From contig NC_043005.1 of the NCBI RefSeq assembly GCF_006345805.1, positions 7,936,001 to 8,000,000 on the forward strand: a stretch of 64,000 nt of DNA, in the 5' to 3' direction. Below the pieces are notes generated by a model. The model did no database searches. It saw nothing but the letters and a program-made list of their open reading frames with translations, and was not told where the DNA came from. Origin of the DNA: Octopus sinensis. Its lineage: Eukaryota. Below, piece by piece: positions 24,971-38,591 of the stretch (within the stretch, counting starts at the first letter, position 1; every line of letters begins with the position of its first letter). Made by a program: the position numbers and the translations under genes.

Positions 24971-26975
24971 ATTTTATGTCATATAAAATACCTTTCAGAA
25001 AATGGTGTACACTGGGAGCAAACTTGGAATCATGTCGTTCTGAAGCAGACTTCTTTAAGCTGCATTTATATGGATAGAATTTACCAACAAAGCGTATGTA
25101 ATACTATTAGGAATACTTATATCTAATGAATTTGCCAATGTAATAGTATCTGCTGCCGTCTGTGTTATATGATCAGATTACGACATTGATTGAGATATTA
25201 CATAATCCTATTTAATAAAAGATCCAACAACTGTACTTAATAATTATTATCATTGACAATGAAAAGCTTGTAGTTCTGCATGATCGTATCCATAAATTAA
25301 ATATTGAAGACATCTGGGAAATGTATTTACTAGTTAGATGATACATCACTTCTATTCATTTAGTGCGCTGTTCATTGAAGGTACAATTATTATTGGCTGC
25401 AGAAAATGTGATTCTTTTATTAAGGCGACATAGACGTAAATATGGCACTGTTGAAAGACACGGCTCGTGGTATCAATAGAAACAAAGACTATAGATAGCT
25501 ACTTAATTAAAATGCTTTCATGACATTGCCACGAACGGAATACAAATAAAGCTAACATTCTATTATGGAGGTCGTGAATGAACTGGATTTTTATCGAAGA
25601 GTCTTCGAATATACGATATGATCTGCTTTTCCACAAGAGAAAAATTAATATTTCACGAAAGGTTTGAGCGTAATAATATTCTCTTTAAACCATTCTGAAA
25701 CTATGCTATCTTTGTAACAGTATTCCCACAGCTTGACCACATTTATTTCTGGTTAATTCATAGAAAATCTGCCAGCCTGTTTGACACCATTATCTGCTCC
25801 TGTGAAGCGCTTGGCGGATTGTACTCTATAATAAATATTCGATTTAGGTCTCCAGTTTGAAGATGCTTTCTTTTTCTTCTCCTATGTGTATTCTCTGTAA
25901 AGGGGTATTGTGCTGCTTTCCACTCTCACCGACAAGTACAAAATACGATTTAAAAGAGACATCGTTCATTTGTATCTGTAGTGGAATAACTCTACAACCC
26001 TAGGCAATTCGTAAATATACAACTCTAAATAGTTTCAAGTAAAACATCTACTATCAAGACTGTTCATATATTTACTTAAATTTATTTTACCGATTTTAAT
26101 TTAGTCTCCAAATAATTCGGGAAGAAATCAACTTTTACTCTGTGTGTGTGTGTGTGTGGGTGTGTGTGGGTCTCTGTGTATACTCGCGTGTGTATGTGTG
26201 CACACGTGTCTGTGTACGTGTCTGTTTGTGTGCCTGAAAGTGTTATTAAAATATGGCAGAATGATGAACATTGATGGCTGATGAAAATAAGCAAAATGTA
26301 TCCAATGCATTTTCTATAATTCATCAGATAAAATTTATACGTGAACGCACACAATATGAGTCTCTATGTTCACACACACAATATGAGTCTCTATATTTAC
26401 ACACACACATATGACTATTTTCTGTTTCTGACTGGGTAGGAAATCTCAATAAATTATAAATTCATACGTAGGACATTCAGTTCATTCACTTTTAAATTTA
26501 ATTACCCAAATCCATGACGTATGCAATTTTTATTTACAATTATGTAAATAACTGTCGGCCAAAAATATACGCTGTTCTGTTTAATGAAGGATCTATTTAT
26601 TGATATGCATGAGTGTTTAAACAGAATATAAAGCATCCAAACCCACCAAAATATATGACCATAGTTGTCCCTTGACTGCAGCAAACAAAGTTGAGGCTGC
26701 CTTTTCCCTAAACATTTAAATCAACTTTAAAATTTATATATTAAGGAACTTTTAAAGTTAATTTAAATGCTCAAGGAGAAGACCGATTTTTATTTGCGGC
26801 AGACGAACCGGCAGAATGTTAATCGTTAGAAAAATGTTTTGTGGTATTTGTTGCTAAGAGGGTAGAGCATTTATTGACTCTTCAGTTTAGCTTGCTTCCA
26901 ATATCTGTTCTAGACTATATGCTCTCTTTTGTTGGGTAGTACTTCTTTGGGGTAAGTAGTCTGGTACGTTTGTAG

Positions 26976-27160
26976 TTTTCCTCTCTGCTATAGGCACAAC
27001 GCCCGAAATTTCAGGGAGGGGTTGAGTCGATTACATCGACCCCAGTACTCAACTGGTTCTTACTTTATCGAACTTGAAATGGTAAAAGGCAAAGTCGACC
27101 TCGGCGGAATTTGAACTCAGAACGTAAAGACAGAAGAAATGCCGCCAAGCATTTTGCCCG
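26976..27160 (-). mobile_element. SINE-A (A2), left member of an inverted pair
   Basis: Reverse complement nearly identical to 28445-28630. Confidence 0.88.
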
Positions 27161-27221
27161 TCAAGCATTTTGCCAGGGAATACACTCCGCTACAATAGTT
27201 ACCGAACAATAATTGCCTATG

Positions 27222-27224
27222 TTA

Positions 27225-27292
<68 letters not shown>
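27222..27292. repeat. (AAT)n microsatellite
   Basis: Directly visible. Confidence 0.97.
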
Positions 27293-27293
<1 letters not shown>

Positions 27294-27451
27294 TGTGTAC
27301 AGTGCTCAGGTGCACTACAACTCATCTAAAGTGTATATATAATCAGGTGTAGTTTCGACGGATTTCGGGAAGCATGAGGGCACTATGAAATACTGAACTC
27401 GGATTTCACAACAGAGACGCACACACATTCGCTACAGTCACTGCAAATAAT

Positions 27452-27490
<39 letters not shown>

Positions 27491-28246
27491 TAAATGAGTA
27501 TGCGTATCTGCCCACGCGTGTGCTTATGAGTGTGTTAGATTTGCTACGAAATAACGAAATCCAGGTTCGAGTACCCAACACTATACTAACTTGGATAAGT
27601 TTCGGTGCAATTCTGAGTTAATAATTTACTGAACTAAGCAATTCTGTTTTCCTATCCTTGCAAACTGAACCATATTACTATTTACTTAATGCATCGGTCG
27701 TCACTATTTCCATAAGTGTGTTAAAGTTTAGGGTTTAGTAACGCAGTAAGGATGGAACAGGAACATATCCATAGTTATGTTTCGTACTTCTTTTTATACT
27801 ATTCACTAATATATTTTCTTAACGTATAAGTATTTCTATTTAGTTTTGATTGAATACTCACTGTATCCACTTTATTAACGCTATATTACCTGTTTTAAAA
27901 ACTATACTACCTGTTGTTTTAAATATGTTAACATTATATTAACTTTCGTTTTGATACCTACTATCTCTATTCAATATCTTAACTCTATTTTAATGATTCT
28001 TTTTAAATAATCACTGCATGTATTAAATTTATTAACAGTATATTAACAACTCTGTTTTTAAAACACACTATATTAGATATATTAACACAACATTTAATTG
28101 TAGCTTTTAATACTTAATGTATTGAAAGACGCATTACATCAATTATTGTTTAAATATTGACTGTATTAAATATGTTCGCAGTATATTAACTGCTGCTTTG
28201 TATAACCTCAGGAATAAATATTATAGCTTTATATATTGATTTCAAA

Positions 28247-28393
28247 TTTTGGCACAAGGCCAGCAATTCGGAGAGTGGATAAGTCGATCACATCCAGCCC
28301 AGTACCTTGGAGTTTGAACTGAGAACGTAAAGATGGACGAAATTCCGCTCAGCATTTTGTCCTGTGTGCTAACGATTCTGCCAGTGCGCCGCT
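28247..28393 (-). mobile_element. Internally deleted SINE-A
   Basis: Head and B box joined to the distal tail; the core is missing. Confidence 0.7.
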
Positions 28394-28421
28394 ATAATAT
28401 TATTACACTATAAAGGAGGTG

Positions 28422-28630
28422 AGCTGGCAGAATTGTTATCATGCCGGGCAAAGTGCTTGGCGGCATTTCTTCCGTCTTTACGTTCTGAGTTCAAATTCCG
28501 CCAAGGTCGACTTTGACTTTTACTCTTTCAAGTTCGATAAAGTAAGAACCAGTTGAGCACTGGGGTCGATGTAATCGATTCAACCCCTCCCCAAAATTTC
28601 GGGCGTTGTGCCTATAATAGAGAGGAAAAT
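28422..28630 (+). mobile_element. SINE-A (A2), right member of the inverted pair
   Basis: Full head, B box, core and tail. Confidence 0.88.
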
Positions 28631-29784
28631 ATAATGTTAACATATATACACCTTCACTCACTCCCTCTTTCTCTCTGTCTCTTTCCCTCTATCTCTCTTT
28701 CTCACTTTCTCTCTCTTGCACAAAGCATACACACACATACACACGTCCACACACATACACACGTCCACACACATACACACGTCCATTTCATATGCACGTA
28801 CATATATCTTTCACTTCCTCATCTCCTTCACTTTCTGCTCTCGCTCCCCTTTTCTCTTTCCTTTCAATTTTTGCTCTCTTCAAAGCATAAAGAAATAAAG
28901 TTTTACGGAATGGCCGAGAGAAACGCAGAATAAGAAAAAGACAGAGAGACAAGAGAAAGCAACAGAGACAGAAAACAAGTTTCTATAGGAGAAATTGAAA
29001 GACGGATAGCGGGTGAAAGACAGACGCTGATGTTTCATACCCTGCGTATGTTCCATAGTTGAAAGTGAAAAGAGCCGGCACAAGGAGAGTGAGAAAGTGA
29101 CAACCCTAGAACTGAGGTCGTGTCGTACTAATTTTCAGGTCGTTTTCACTTCAGCTCCATGTTCCCTGTTTCACGCATGCGTGCAATTAAGCAGTATCTC
29201 TCTTTCAATTTCTGATTATAATGTACCTCATGCTGTCAACTTCCACTAATTAATTGGAATTAAGAAAGGTGTTCAAAAATTAACTTCCTTTGGTGCGCAT
29301 ATACACAGACTTACAGTCACGACCTTATTTCTTTCTTCAAGTTATTCATATTCCTATGTTTCCAAACAGTACAGTTGCATTTCGCCCCAAAACGGGTAGC
29401 TGATGGGTGGCCGAGGCGGAGGAAGGGGCATTCAGTAATTCTTTCAGAAAAATTAAACTTTCAAAAACAAATTATATTTCCCATATTATCTATTTTCCCA
29501 CGTGGATAACAAACAAAATTCGAAATACAATTAAACCTCCAACACAAACTGACCTTCTTTCCGAATTTTTCCCCATTTTTCATCGGATTCCTAAGTTTTT
29601 GATGACGTAGATTTCATGTATGCAAAAAAATATGTTTTCAAATTTTTTAATTCCTCCGCCCACCCGAATTTTTAATTTTAAACTTTTTTTCGAATTCTTT
29701 CGAATTCTATGTGGAAAAATACGGAGATTAAGAATATGGAGGGGATGGATAAAAAAAAATATATGCGTCACAGGCGACGACTCT

Positions 29785-30755
29785 CATAGTATTCTTTAAC
29801 CTGTGTAGATGTGACACATTCGCCGCATTTACTCAGACGCACCGAGGTATTACACCTGGAATAACCATATTAAGAAGTGGAAGAGGAGAAAGCTTGGTGT
29901 AACCGTCGAAGGGCACCCACATAATAAAAAGTAATGCTCTACGTCGAGTTTATACAGTCCACTCCAAAAACTTCGAATGCTACGGTCTCCTAGACCAACG
30001 TTATTCAAAGACCTTAAAATAGTAAACTCCTTGATTTATGAAACATTTCAACAAGCCTGCCAACTACGAAGTCTTCTCGAAGATGGCAGTCGCTGGAGTT
30101 AAGCTCTTTCTGACTCACCAACCGCATGCACAGCTTACCAAGTAAGAAGATTCTTCGCCTTCATGTTGTACTGAATCCACTACAACATTTTTGAAAACCT
30201 CAAAGGCAGCTTGTCTGATGACATACTTCATGAAGCTCGACGGTTTCATGGGCCAAGTGTCTACACGGATGTTATATACACCGAAGCATTACTGCATTTA
30301 GAAGACATGCTTAATTCCATTGGGGCAAAAGCTTATCCGACTACAGCATTCCAACACCTTCAGGTGAACATCACGGCCTCTCAAGAGAAGTTATTCCAGA
30401 ACGAGCATACAACTTGGATGCCCTGAAAAGGCAACATGATGAAAGTGAACCATTATTGCAAGATGAGCAAAGGTCTGTTTACAATGAAATAGTAGTGTCT
30501 ACCTTGCAAGGAGGAGGACGTCTTTTCTTCATTGATGCACCAAGAGGAACGGGGAAAACGTTTCCACTTAACCTACTACTGGCAAAAATAAGGCAAATGA
30601 GAAACATAGCGATTGCAGTCGCATCATCAGGGATAGCGGCAACTTTGTTAACAGGTGGACGAACAGCTCAATCAACGCTCAAATTACCTTTCAATTTGAC
30701 TTCAACGGATGCCCAAATGTGCAATATTTCAAAACGGTCATCGGCGGCGGAAGTT
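29785..30755 (+). pseudogene. Helitron Rep/PIF1-helicase fragment
   Basis: YYTWNNHIKKWKRR, RRVYTVH, FKDLKIVN..YETFQQAC..LLED, then FFIDAPRGTGKTF (Walker A) and AVASSGIAATLL.GGRTA.S.LKLP. Frameshifted. Confidence 0.9.
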
Positions 30756-31344
30756 CATATTAAATTGTCCTATGTATCTATTTTAAAGACATTTATGAGT
30801 GTGATATAAGGGAGATGTAGTGGCTTTATTTACTTTATTTAAATGGTTGCAGATCTGTCATTGGCTCATGTTACAAAATAAGTGGAAAGACAGAAAGAAG
30901 ACTTATGACCAATTCCTTTTAGTTTGGCTACATTATCAACCGTGTCCTTCCATTAAGACGGTAGGCAAGGATTTGAGAAAGATTTGACAGCTATTTCTTG
31001 CAAAGTGAGTGACCAAATAGAGGCCCCTTCATGCCTAGTAACGGTGAAATTTATTTAAACGTCGCAACCTTAGTCTTCTTCAGACTATGTGTTCTCAATT
31101 TCACTCTCGCTATGCATAGCAAGGATGTAACATTTTCGATTAATTTAAAAAGAGATGAAGTGTTTCTGTCATGATGTTTCCTTACATTGTCTTCATCAAA
31201 AAAAGATTTTGGCTAGTCTGTAGTTTTTGATATCGATCTGGAAGTTACATTCTCTGATCTTTGGTGCATCAAATTAACTGCATTTGGCAAAATGGTTTAA
31301 GACATTTCAAGTTTTGTAGCTTGGTGAGTTACTAAAAATAATAA

Positions 31345-31531
31345 TAGGGAGACAGAAAAACAGGAACACGACCTGAAATTTTGAAGGAAGAAGGTAGTCC
31401 ATTACATCGACTCTAATGTTCAACAGGTACTTAATTTATCGATCCCGAAGGATGAAAGTCGAAGTCGACAGTATCTAAATTCAAAATATAAAGATGGACG
31501 AAATGCCGCTGTACCCGGCGTGCTAACGATT
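31345..31531 (-). mobile_element. Diverged SINE-A (A2)
   Basis: Core and head remnants. Confidence 0.7.
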
Positions 31532-32224
31532 CTTATTTCTTTATTGCCCACAGGGGGCTAAACATAGAGGGGGCAAACAAGGACAGACAAAGGGATTAAG
31601 TCGATTATATCGACCCCAGTGTGTAACTGATACTTATTTAATCGACCTCGAAATGATGAAAAGCAAATTCGACCTCGGCGGAATTTGAACTCAGAACGTA
31701 ACGCCAGGCGAAATACCTATTTCTTTACTACCCACAAGGGGCTAAAGATAGAGGGGGAAAACAAGGACAGACAAAGGGATTAAGTCGATTATATCGACCC
31801 CAGTGCGTAACTGATACTTATTTAATCGACCTCGAAATGATGAAAAGCAAATTCGACCTCGGCGGAATTTGAACTCAGAACGTAACGCCAGGCGAAATAC
31901 CTATTTCTTTACTACCCACAAGGGGCTAAAGATAGAGGGGGAAAACAAGGACAGACAAAGGGATTAAATCGATTATATCGACCCCAGTGCGTAACTGATA
32001 CTTATTTAATCGACCTCGAAATGATGAAAAGCAAATTCGACCTCGGCGGAATTTGAACTCAGAACGTAACGCCAGGCGAAATACCTATTTCTTTACTACC
32101 CACAAGGGGCTAAACATAGAGGGGGCAAACAAGGACAGACAAACGGATTAAGTCGATTATATCGACCCCAGTGCGTAATTGGTACTTATTTAATCGACCC
32201 AGTGCGTACTGGTACTTATTTAAT
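31532..32224 (-). repeat. Tandem array of a 184-bp headless SINE-A1 unit (~3.7 copies)
   Basis: Unit starts at about 31532, 31716, 31900 and 32084. The units are near-identical. Confidence 0.93.
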
Positions 32225-32460
32225 AAGGCGGCGAGCTGGCAGAAACGTTAGCACGTCGGGCGAAATGCGTAGCCGTATTTCGTCTGCCGTTACGTTCTGA
32301 GTTCAAATTTCGCCGAGGTCGACTTTGCCTTTCATCCTTTCGGGGTCGATAAATTAAGTACCAGTAGCGCACTGGGGTCGATATAATCGACTTAATCCGT
32401 CTGTCTGTCCTTGTTTGTCCCCTCTGTGTTTAGTCCCTTGTGGGTAGTAAAGAAATAGGT
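32225..32460 (+). mobile_element. Full-length SINE-A1 inserted into a minus-strand SINE-A
   Basis: 12-bp TSD GGTACTTATTTA at 32211-32222 and 32458-32469. The host 5' half continues to 32592. Confidence 0.88.
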
Positions 32461-32674
32461 ACTTATTTATTAGACCCCGAAAGGATGGAAGGCAAAATGG
32501 ACCTCGAAGGAATTTGAACTCAGAACATAACGGCAGACGATATACCGCTAAGCATTTCGTCCGGCATGCTAACGATTCTGCCGGCTCGCCGTCACAGGGG
32601 AAGGAAATAAATTATGAAGATAAATATATATAAGATGAAAACAGAAAGGGACCAATAGGTAGGTCATTAAAATT

Positions 32675-32826
32675 GAGTGACTGTGTGGTAAGTACCTTGC
32701 TTACCAACCACATGGTTCCAGGTTCCGACTGCGTGGCACCTTGGGCAAGTGTCTTCTAGTATAGCCTCGGGCCGACCAAAGCCTTGTAAGTGGATTTGGT
32801 AGATGGAAACTGAAAGAAGCTCGTCG

Positions 32827-32861
<35 letters not shown>

Positions 32862-33087
32862 CTATGTACACGTTTGTGTGTGTGTGTCACCCACATTGCT
32901 TGACATCGACGCTAGTATGTTTACGTTCCCATAACTTAGCGGTTCGGCATAAGAGACCGATAGAATAACTACTAGGCTTACAAAGAATATGTCCTGGGGT
33001 TCGATATTGCTCGACTAAAAGCGCTGCCTCAGCATGGCCGCAGTCAAAATGACTGAAACGAATAAAAGAATAAAAGAATAAAGAATA
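32675..33087 (+). mobile_element. CORE-type SINE family B
   Basis: tRNA-like head, CCTTGGGCAAGTGTCTT core, internal TA microsatellite, CAGCATGGCCGCAGTC tail and (AATAAAAG)n. Confidence 0.9.
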
Positions 33088-34250
33088 GTGGCTAGGAATA
33101 GAACGAAGCTAAGCTAGTCTTAATTGTGTTCCATGTTTGATTCTACTTGGCGGCTCTTGGGAAAATATCGCCTATTATAGCCACGCGTTGACAAAATACT
33201 ATGTGAAGGGAATTTGGTTCAGCGCAATAAATAAATAAATAAATGAATAAATGAATAAATAAATAAATAAATTAATGGTATAGTTGCTTGAAAGGATTGA
33301 AGGTGACTAGAATGTTGGCGATAATGATAATATCGACGATATGTAAATACTGCTTCCGCTGTTGTTATTGATCTAAATATGAAGCTACTAGTATTGATTA
33401 TGGTGCGAACATACATTTTAAAAAATTCTAATAAATATACTTTTACGTGGGTTAATTCTAATTACTATTATGTTCCTTACCTTTGATGTAAGGTAATCAT
33501 AAACACATATTTCACAAATATTCAAATTTCAATTACAGGAAATAACATCAATTTTAGATAGTAATAATGATAATAAAACACTTTCCTTCTTTTTTTTTCT
33601 TTTAATATTCAATTTCGATTCTATTTATTATTATTGAAGTTCATATCTTCTGCGCAGATCGATGGATTATTTATTTACCAATCCATTGTTAGTGCATGCA
33701 TTTCCATATTTTCAGATGAATAATGTGCTTTGCGATATCTGATATTCCTGATAATGTATAATTTTGCATTGCGTTTTATCAAGCAACACATAAGTGACAT
33801 AGCCATATTCCCCAAGGTCCTAATTTAATGTCAATTTCAGATCTGGCGGATGGTATATTTTCTCACTCCAACTCGTTCTCTGATAAATCGTACAATAATT
33901 TATACTTGGCAATAAAAATGACATTTACTAAATTAGAGCCAACAGTTTGGCCTCTGAAGCATTTCACAGAAATTTAAATGGATATAAGAACTGACTGTAT
34001 TTTTCAGTATAACTTTGTTGAATGTGTAATTTCTGAATGTATATTTAAACTGTCACAGTTAAAAATGGCTTGGTAAGCCAGGTGGTTGGTAGCTTCACAA
34101 CATAAGGCGCGCGCATTTATTGAAAGATAATGTAAGTTGACATTGCAGTTAAATGTTTTATTCAAAGTGCTTCGGCAATACGAAATCGATTATAAACAGT
34201 ATCGCGACAGAAATATGTTCCATCACGTTCTAATGCAAACGAATTACTAA

Positions 34251-34650
34251 TCTTTATATATAAAAGAGAGGTTGTGTGCTGTCTGTCTCCTACGATTTAG
34301 ATTCCTAACTACTCCCACATTTTGCGGTGCAGTTTAACCAAAACCGGGTATCTTATAGTCGTGATTCATATCGAGCCCTTCTGGGTATTAGCACGCGTCT
34401 ACGATGAGTCTACGATTAAAAAAAAAATTACCATCATTTCTTTTCCATTTTAATGAATTTTTTTCGCTATTATATAAGGGAAGTAACTCTCTAAAAATGT
34501 GTACGATGAGTCAACGATTTAAAAAAATTTACCATCATTTTTTTCCATTTTTAATGCATCTTTATGCTATTTTTTGGCTATAACTCTCTAAAAATGCATA
34601 TATTAGTTATTTCCCTTACAAACCCGAGCAACGCCGGGCGATACTGCTAG
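34251..34650 (+). mobile_element. Non-autonomous Helitron
   Basis: A|TC...CCCGAGCAACGCCGGG...CTAG|T. Confidence 0.92.
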
Positions 34651-34794
34651 TGTTTTCTATTTCTTTTTACGTTGGTCAGCAATATTCTTATTTTATTTGG
34701 AATTTAATTTCAACATAATTTTCAAATTTAGGTCTGAATTTTAAAGGTGAATTAATTTTATATGCAGTGATGGCGATTAACAAACAAACAACTT

Positions 34795-35020
34795 GCACAA
34801 AGTAGATGTAGGGGTTTTTAAATCATAGTTGGACCTCTTCCTGTCAAGAGTCCCAGATGAGCCTACCTTACGACAAGAAGCGCAAATGAGGGTAGCTATA
34901 TCAAACTCCATTCTTCATCAAGTGCCACATTTTAGAGGAGGCTCCTAGTAATAACAGTGTAGCGCAAAACGGCGGTACACCAGCATGGCCGCAGCTCTGC
35001 TCTGAAACTTAGAAAAAAAG
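34795..35020 (+). mobile_element. CR1/L2-group LINE 3' end
   Basis: DVGVFKS*LDLFLSRVPDEPTLRQEAQMR, then the tail GGCGGTACACCAGCATGGCCGCAG...CTGAAAC. Confidence 0.72.
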
Positions 35021-35771
35021 CAAATAGATAAATAAGTAAATAAATAAAGAAATAAGTAAAGAAATAACTGATACGATTATTGTTTTCGCAATTCTTCACT
35101 GGAAGTTAAGACGGCAACTAGTATAAAATAGATTAAAATGAAGGTGAACTCGTATCGGTTGTAAAGGTTGATTCGAATGCTTATGCACTTTACGCCTCGA
35201 GCATAAGAAAGACATATGATTCTAGAAAAGTATCAGATAACGAGCGTAAATTATAGCATCCCCAGGAAAAAATATTGATTTACACAGAAATGAAACTTTA
35301 GCTGTAAACTGTGTACTGGGGGATGGGAGATCAGCTATATTACTGGTACTCTATCGACCTCCATAGCTGTATACTGAAGTCCCCTCGGTGAGATTTGAAC
35401 TTAAGAAAAGGATCTGACAATATCACCGTATTACCTACCGTTTCATTTGGTTGCGTAGCTAAGTTTAATTCGCTGGTTCGTAACTATGGGGTTTTGGTTT
35501 CTATCCAACTGCTCTGCATCTTGATAAATATCTTTTACCGTAGCTTCGACTTGATCAACACTTTGTCAGTGGATTGCGGCAGACAGAAAGTGGGTAGAAG
35601 ACTGCCACCAACATACGTATATATATATATGTATACAATTAAAGGCTCCTAAATTAGGATGCCGTACTACATGAATAATATTTTTCTATACGAACAATAT
35701 TTTTGTCTTATGACTGATTCGTCTTTTGTGCTGGGCACCTGGTAGTAACTAATATTTCTACCCTTCTTGTT

Positions 35772-35846
<75 letters not shown>

Positions 35847-36371
35847 TCTTTTCCATACCGGTAAATCTACTAGGTGAAATTGATTAATTTTATTAAATTA
35901 ATTACATTCCACCCTTTATTGCATATTGAATACTTTTGCTCCCTTACAAGTTATCCGCGAATTTTTCGTTTCGTTGGTAGTGTTTTTGTAGCTCACGTGG
36001 TAATTTTTGGAGGGAAATATGAATTCGCATGTCTGTATAAGTGTAGGAATGCTAGCAGTTCCGTTAGACCTTCCGATGTCGCTGGTCGTGCTGGTGTAAC
36101 GGGTGAGTTCTTCCCCTAGCATTTCTAGATTTATAGGAAATATTATATTGACAAGGAAATGAACCTTCGGTTCTAATCCAGAAACGATTCCTCTATAATT
36201 AATCCATAGGCTGGGATTTCGTTATTTTCTGCCTTTTTTCCCATATACAGCTTACAAATTCTATTTGTTTGTGGAGACTTTTTACTAGTAGAGGAAATAG
36301 TGATCAATTTTGGCTGCTATTTCTAATTTTTCGGTATGTGGTTTTGAGCAACTTGTTGCAATTAACCCTTA

Positions 36372-36413
<42 letters not shown>

Positions 36414-36414
36414 T

Positions 36415-36475
36415 AAATTAGAGATAAAACCACTATTAGGCAAATCAAACAGTGAAAAACATAAACCAAAATATA
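36415..36475 (+). mobile_element. Short (TA)n-embedded element (family E), fragment
   Basis: AAATTAGAGATAAAACCACTATTAGGCAAATCAAACAGTGAAAA is identical to about 57519-57562. Confidence 0.65.
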
Positions 36476-36659
36476 GAAATAAAAATAATTAATATAATAT
36501 ACAAAATATATAAAATACAAAATTTAAAATTTAAATTATTTAATTTAAAGTTAAAAATTTAAATTATTAATTTATTTTTAGAAATTTTTATATAAATATA
36601 TATATATATTTTATTTTTATTTTTTATTTATTTAAATATTTATATATATATGTGTGTGT

Positions 36660-36696
<37 letters not shown>

Positions 36697-37087
36697 AGTT
36701 TTGGTGTTTAACACAACAACACCATTTAAAATCGGTATCTTGTAAGAAGGAATTTATTTTTATCGATTTATTTAAGCTCAGTCAATTTCAGATCGATAAA
36801 ATAATTAGCAGCCTGAAATAAGTGCCGGAGTCAACATGATCAATTAAACACTCGAGGACGGTTTAAAAAGCATGACCCCAATCTTGTGATAGAAAGCACG
36901 AAATAAATAAAAGAATCTCCACTGTGTGTCGAGAGGGTGGTGCTGGTTTCTCTCATTGGCAGAAATCCAAAAGACTTTTTGGAAGTGGTTTATAAACGAT
37001 TGGAACAATCCTCATATATTATTGGTGTTGAGTTTCTTGTGAAGGTTGAGGGATATAGATTTTCTACAGAAATATTTTTTTCTACTA

Positions 37088-37468
37088 GACACAAGGCCAG
37101 GAATTTTTGGGTAGGGGGCCAGTCGACTAGATCGGTCCCAGAACGCGACTAGTACTTAATTTATCGACCCAGAAAGGATGAAAGGCAAAGTCAATCTCAG
37201 CGGAATTTCAACTGAGACTGTAAAGACAGACAAAATACTTATTTCGTTACTACCCACAAGGGGCTAAACACAGAGAGGACAAACAAGGACAGACAAACGG
37301 ATTAATTCGATTACATCGACCCCAGTGCGTAACTGGTACTTAATTTATCGACCCCGAAAGCATGAAAAACAAAGTCGACATCGGTGGAATTTGAACTCAG
37401 AACGTAACGGCAGACGAAATACGGCTACGCATTTCGCCCGGCGTGCTAACGTTTCTGCCAGCTCGCCG
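37088..37468 (-). mobile_element. SINE-A dimer (headless copy 37088-37238 plus full A1 copy 37239-37468)
   Basis: Junction AAATAC|TTATTTC at the same position as in the 31.5-kb array. Confidence 0.85.
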
Positions 37469-37552
37469 TTTTTTTTTCTAGAAAGAAATATTGCTTTCGG
37501 TATGTATATATGTATACAATACACATAGGCATAAATAATATACTCGATGACA

Positions 37553-37614
<62 letters not shown>

Positions 37615-37714
37615 TGCGTGTGTGCGTGCGAGTGCGTGTGTGCGTGCGAGTTCGTATGTATATATGTATACACATAGGCAAAAATCATCCTCGAGGACAT
37701 TCATACATACATAC

Positions 37715-37817
<103 letters not shown>

Positions 37818-38189
37818 ACATACATACATGTGTGTGTGTACGTGCGAGTGCGTACGTATATATATACACACTTATAAACACTCACACATACAAGCTCTTA
37901 CACTTGTATTAAAGGTGTATATCAACATATAGATATGCAAATATACGTATACATATACGTATATACTCGCATTAATACGTACGTAGATATTAATGCGACG
38001 AGCTCGGCAGATTCGTTGCCTCGCCGAGAAAAATACTTAGTGGCATTTCTTCCGGCTTTACATTCTAAGTTCAAATTCCACCGGAGTAGAGTTTACCTCT
38101 CATCCTTTCGGAGTCGATAAAATGAGTACCAGTTGAAAACTGGGATCGATGTAATCGATTTACCACCCTTGTGTGAAAATCTGAAACCA

Positions 38190-38577
38190 GAGTGGCTGTG
38201 TGGTAAGTAGCTTGCTAACCAACAACATGGTTCCGGGTTCGGTCCCACTGCGTGGCATCTTGGGCAAGTGTCTTCTGCTATAGCCCCGGGCCGACCAATG
38301 CCTTGTGAGTGGATTTGGTAGACGGAAACTGAAAGAAGCCTGTCGTATATATGTATATATATATATATGTGTGTGTGTATGTGTTTGTCTCCCTAGCATT
38401 GCTTGACAACCGATGCTGGTGTGTTTATGTCCCCGCCACTTAGCGGTTCGGCAAAGAGACCGATAGAATAAGTACTGGCCTTATAAAGAATAAGTCCCGG
38501 GGTCGATTTGGTCGACTAAAGGCGGTGCTCCAGCATGGCCGCAGTCAAATGACTGACACAAGTAAAAGAGTAAAGGA
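38190..38577 (+). mobile_element. CORE-type SINE family B (preceded by a diverged SINE-A at about 38000-38170)
   Basis: Same organisation as 32675-33087. Confidence 0.9.
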
Positions 38578-38591
38578 GACAATGTGATTAG

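Noticed and set aside
25100-25900. Faint LINE RT-like phrases on the minus strand (TGADNG...CYKDSIVSEWFKENIITL)
   Set aside because: Too degenerate, and the downstream RT motifs were not found.
31532-32224. CRISPR-like appearance of the regular array
   Set aside because: The units are wholly repeated SINE sequence with no unique spacers and no cas genes; the context is eukaryotic.
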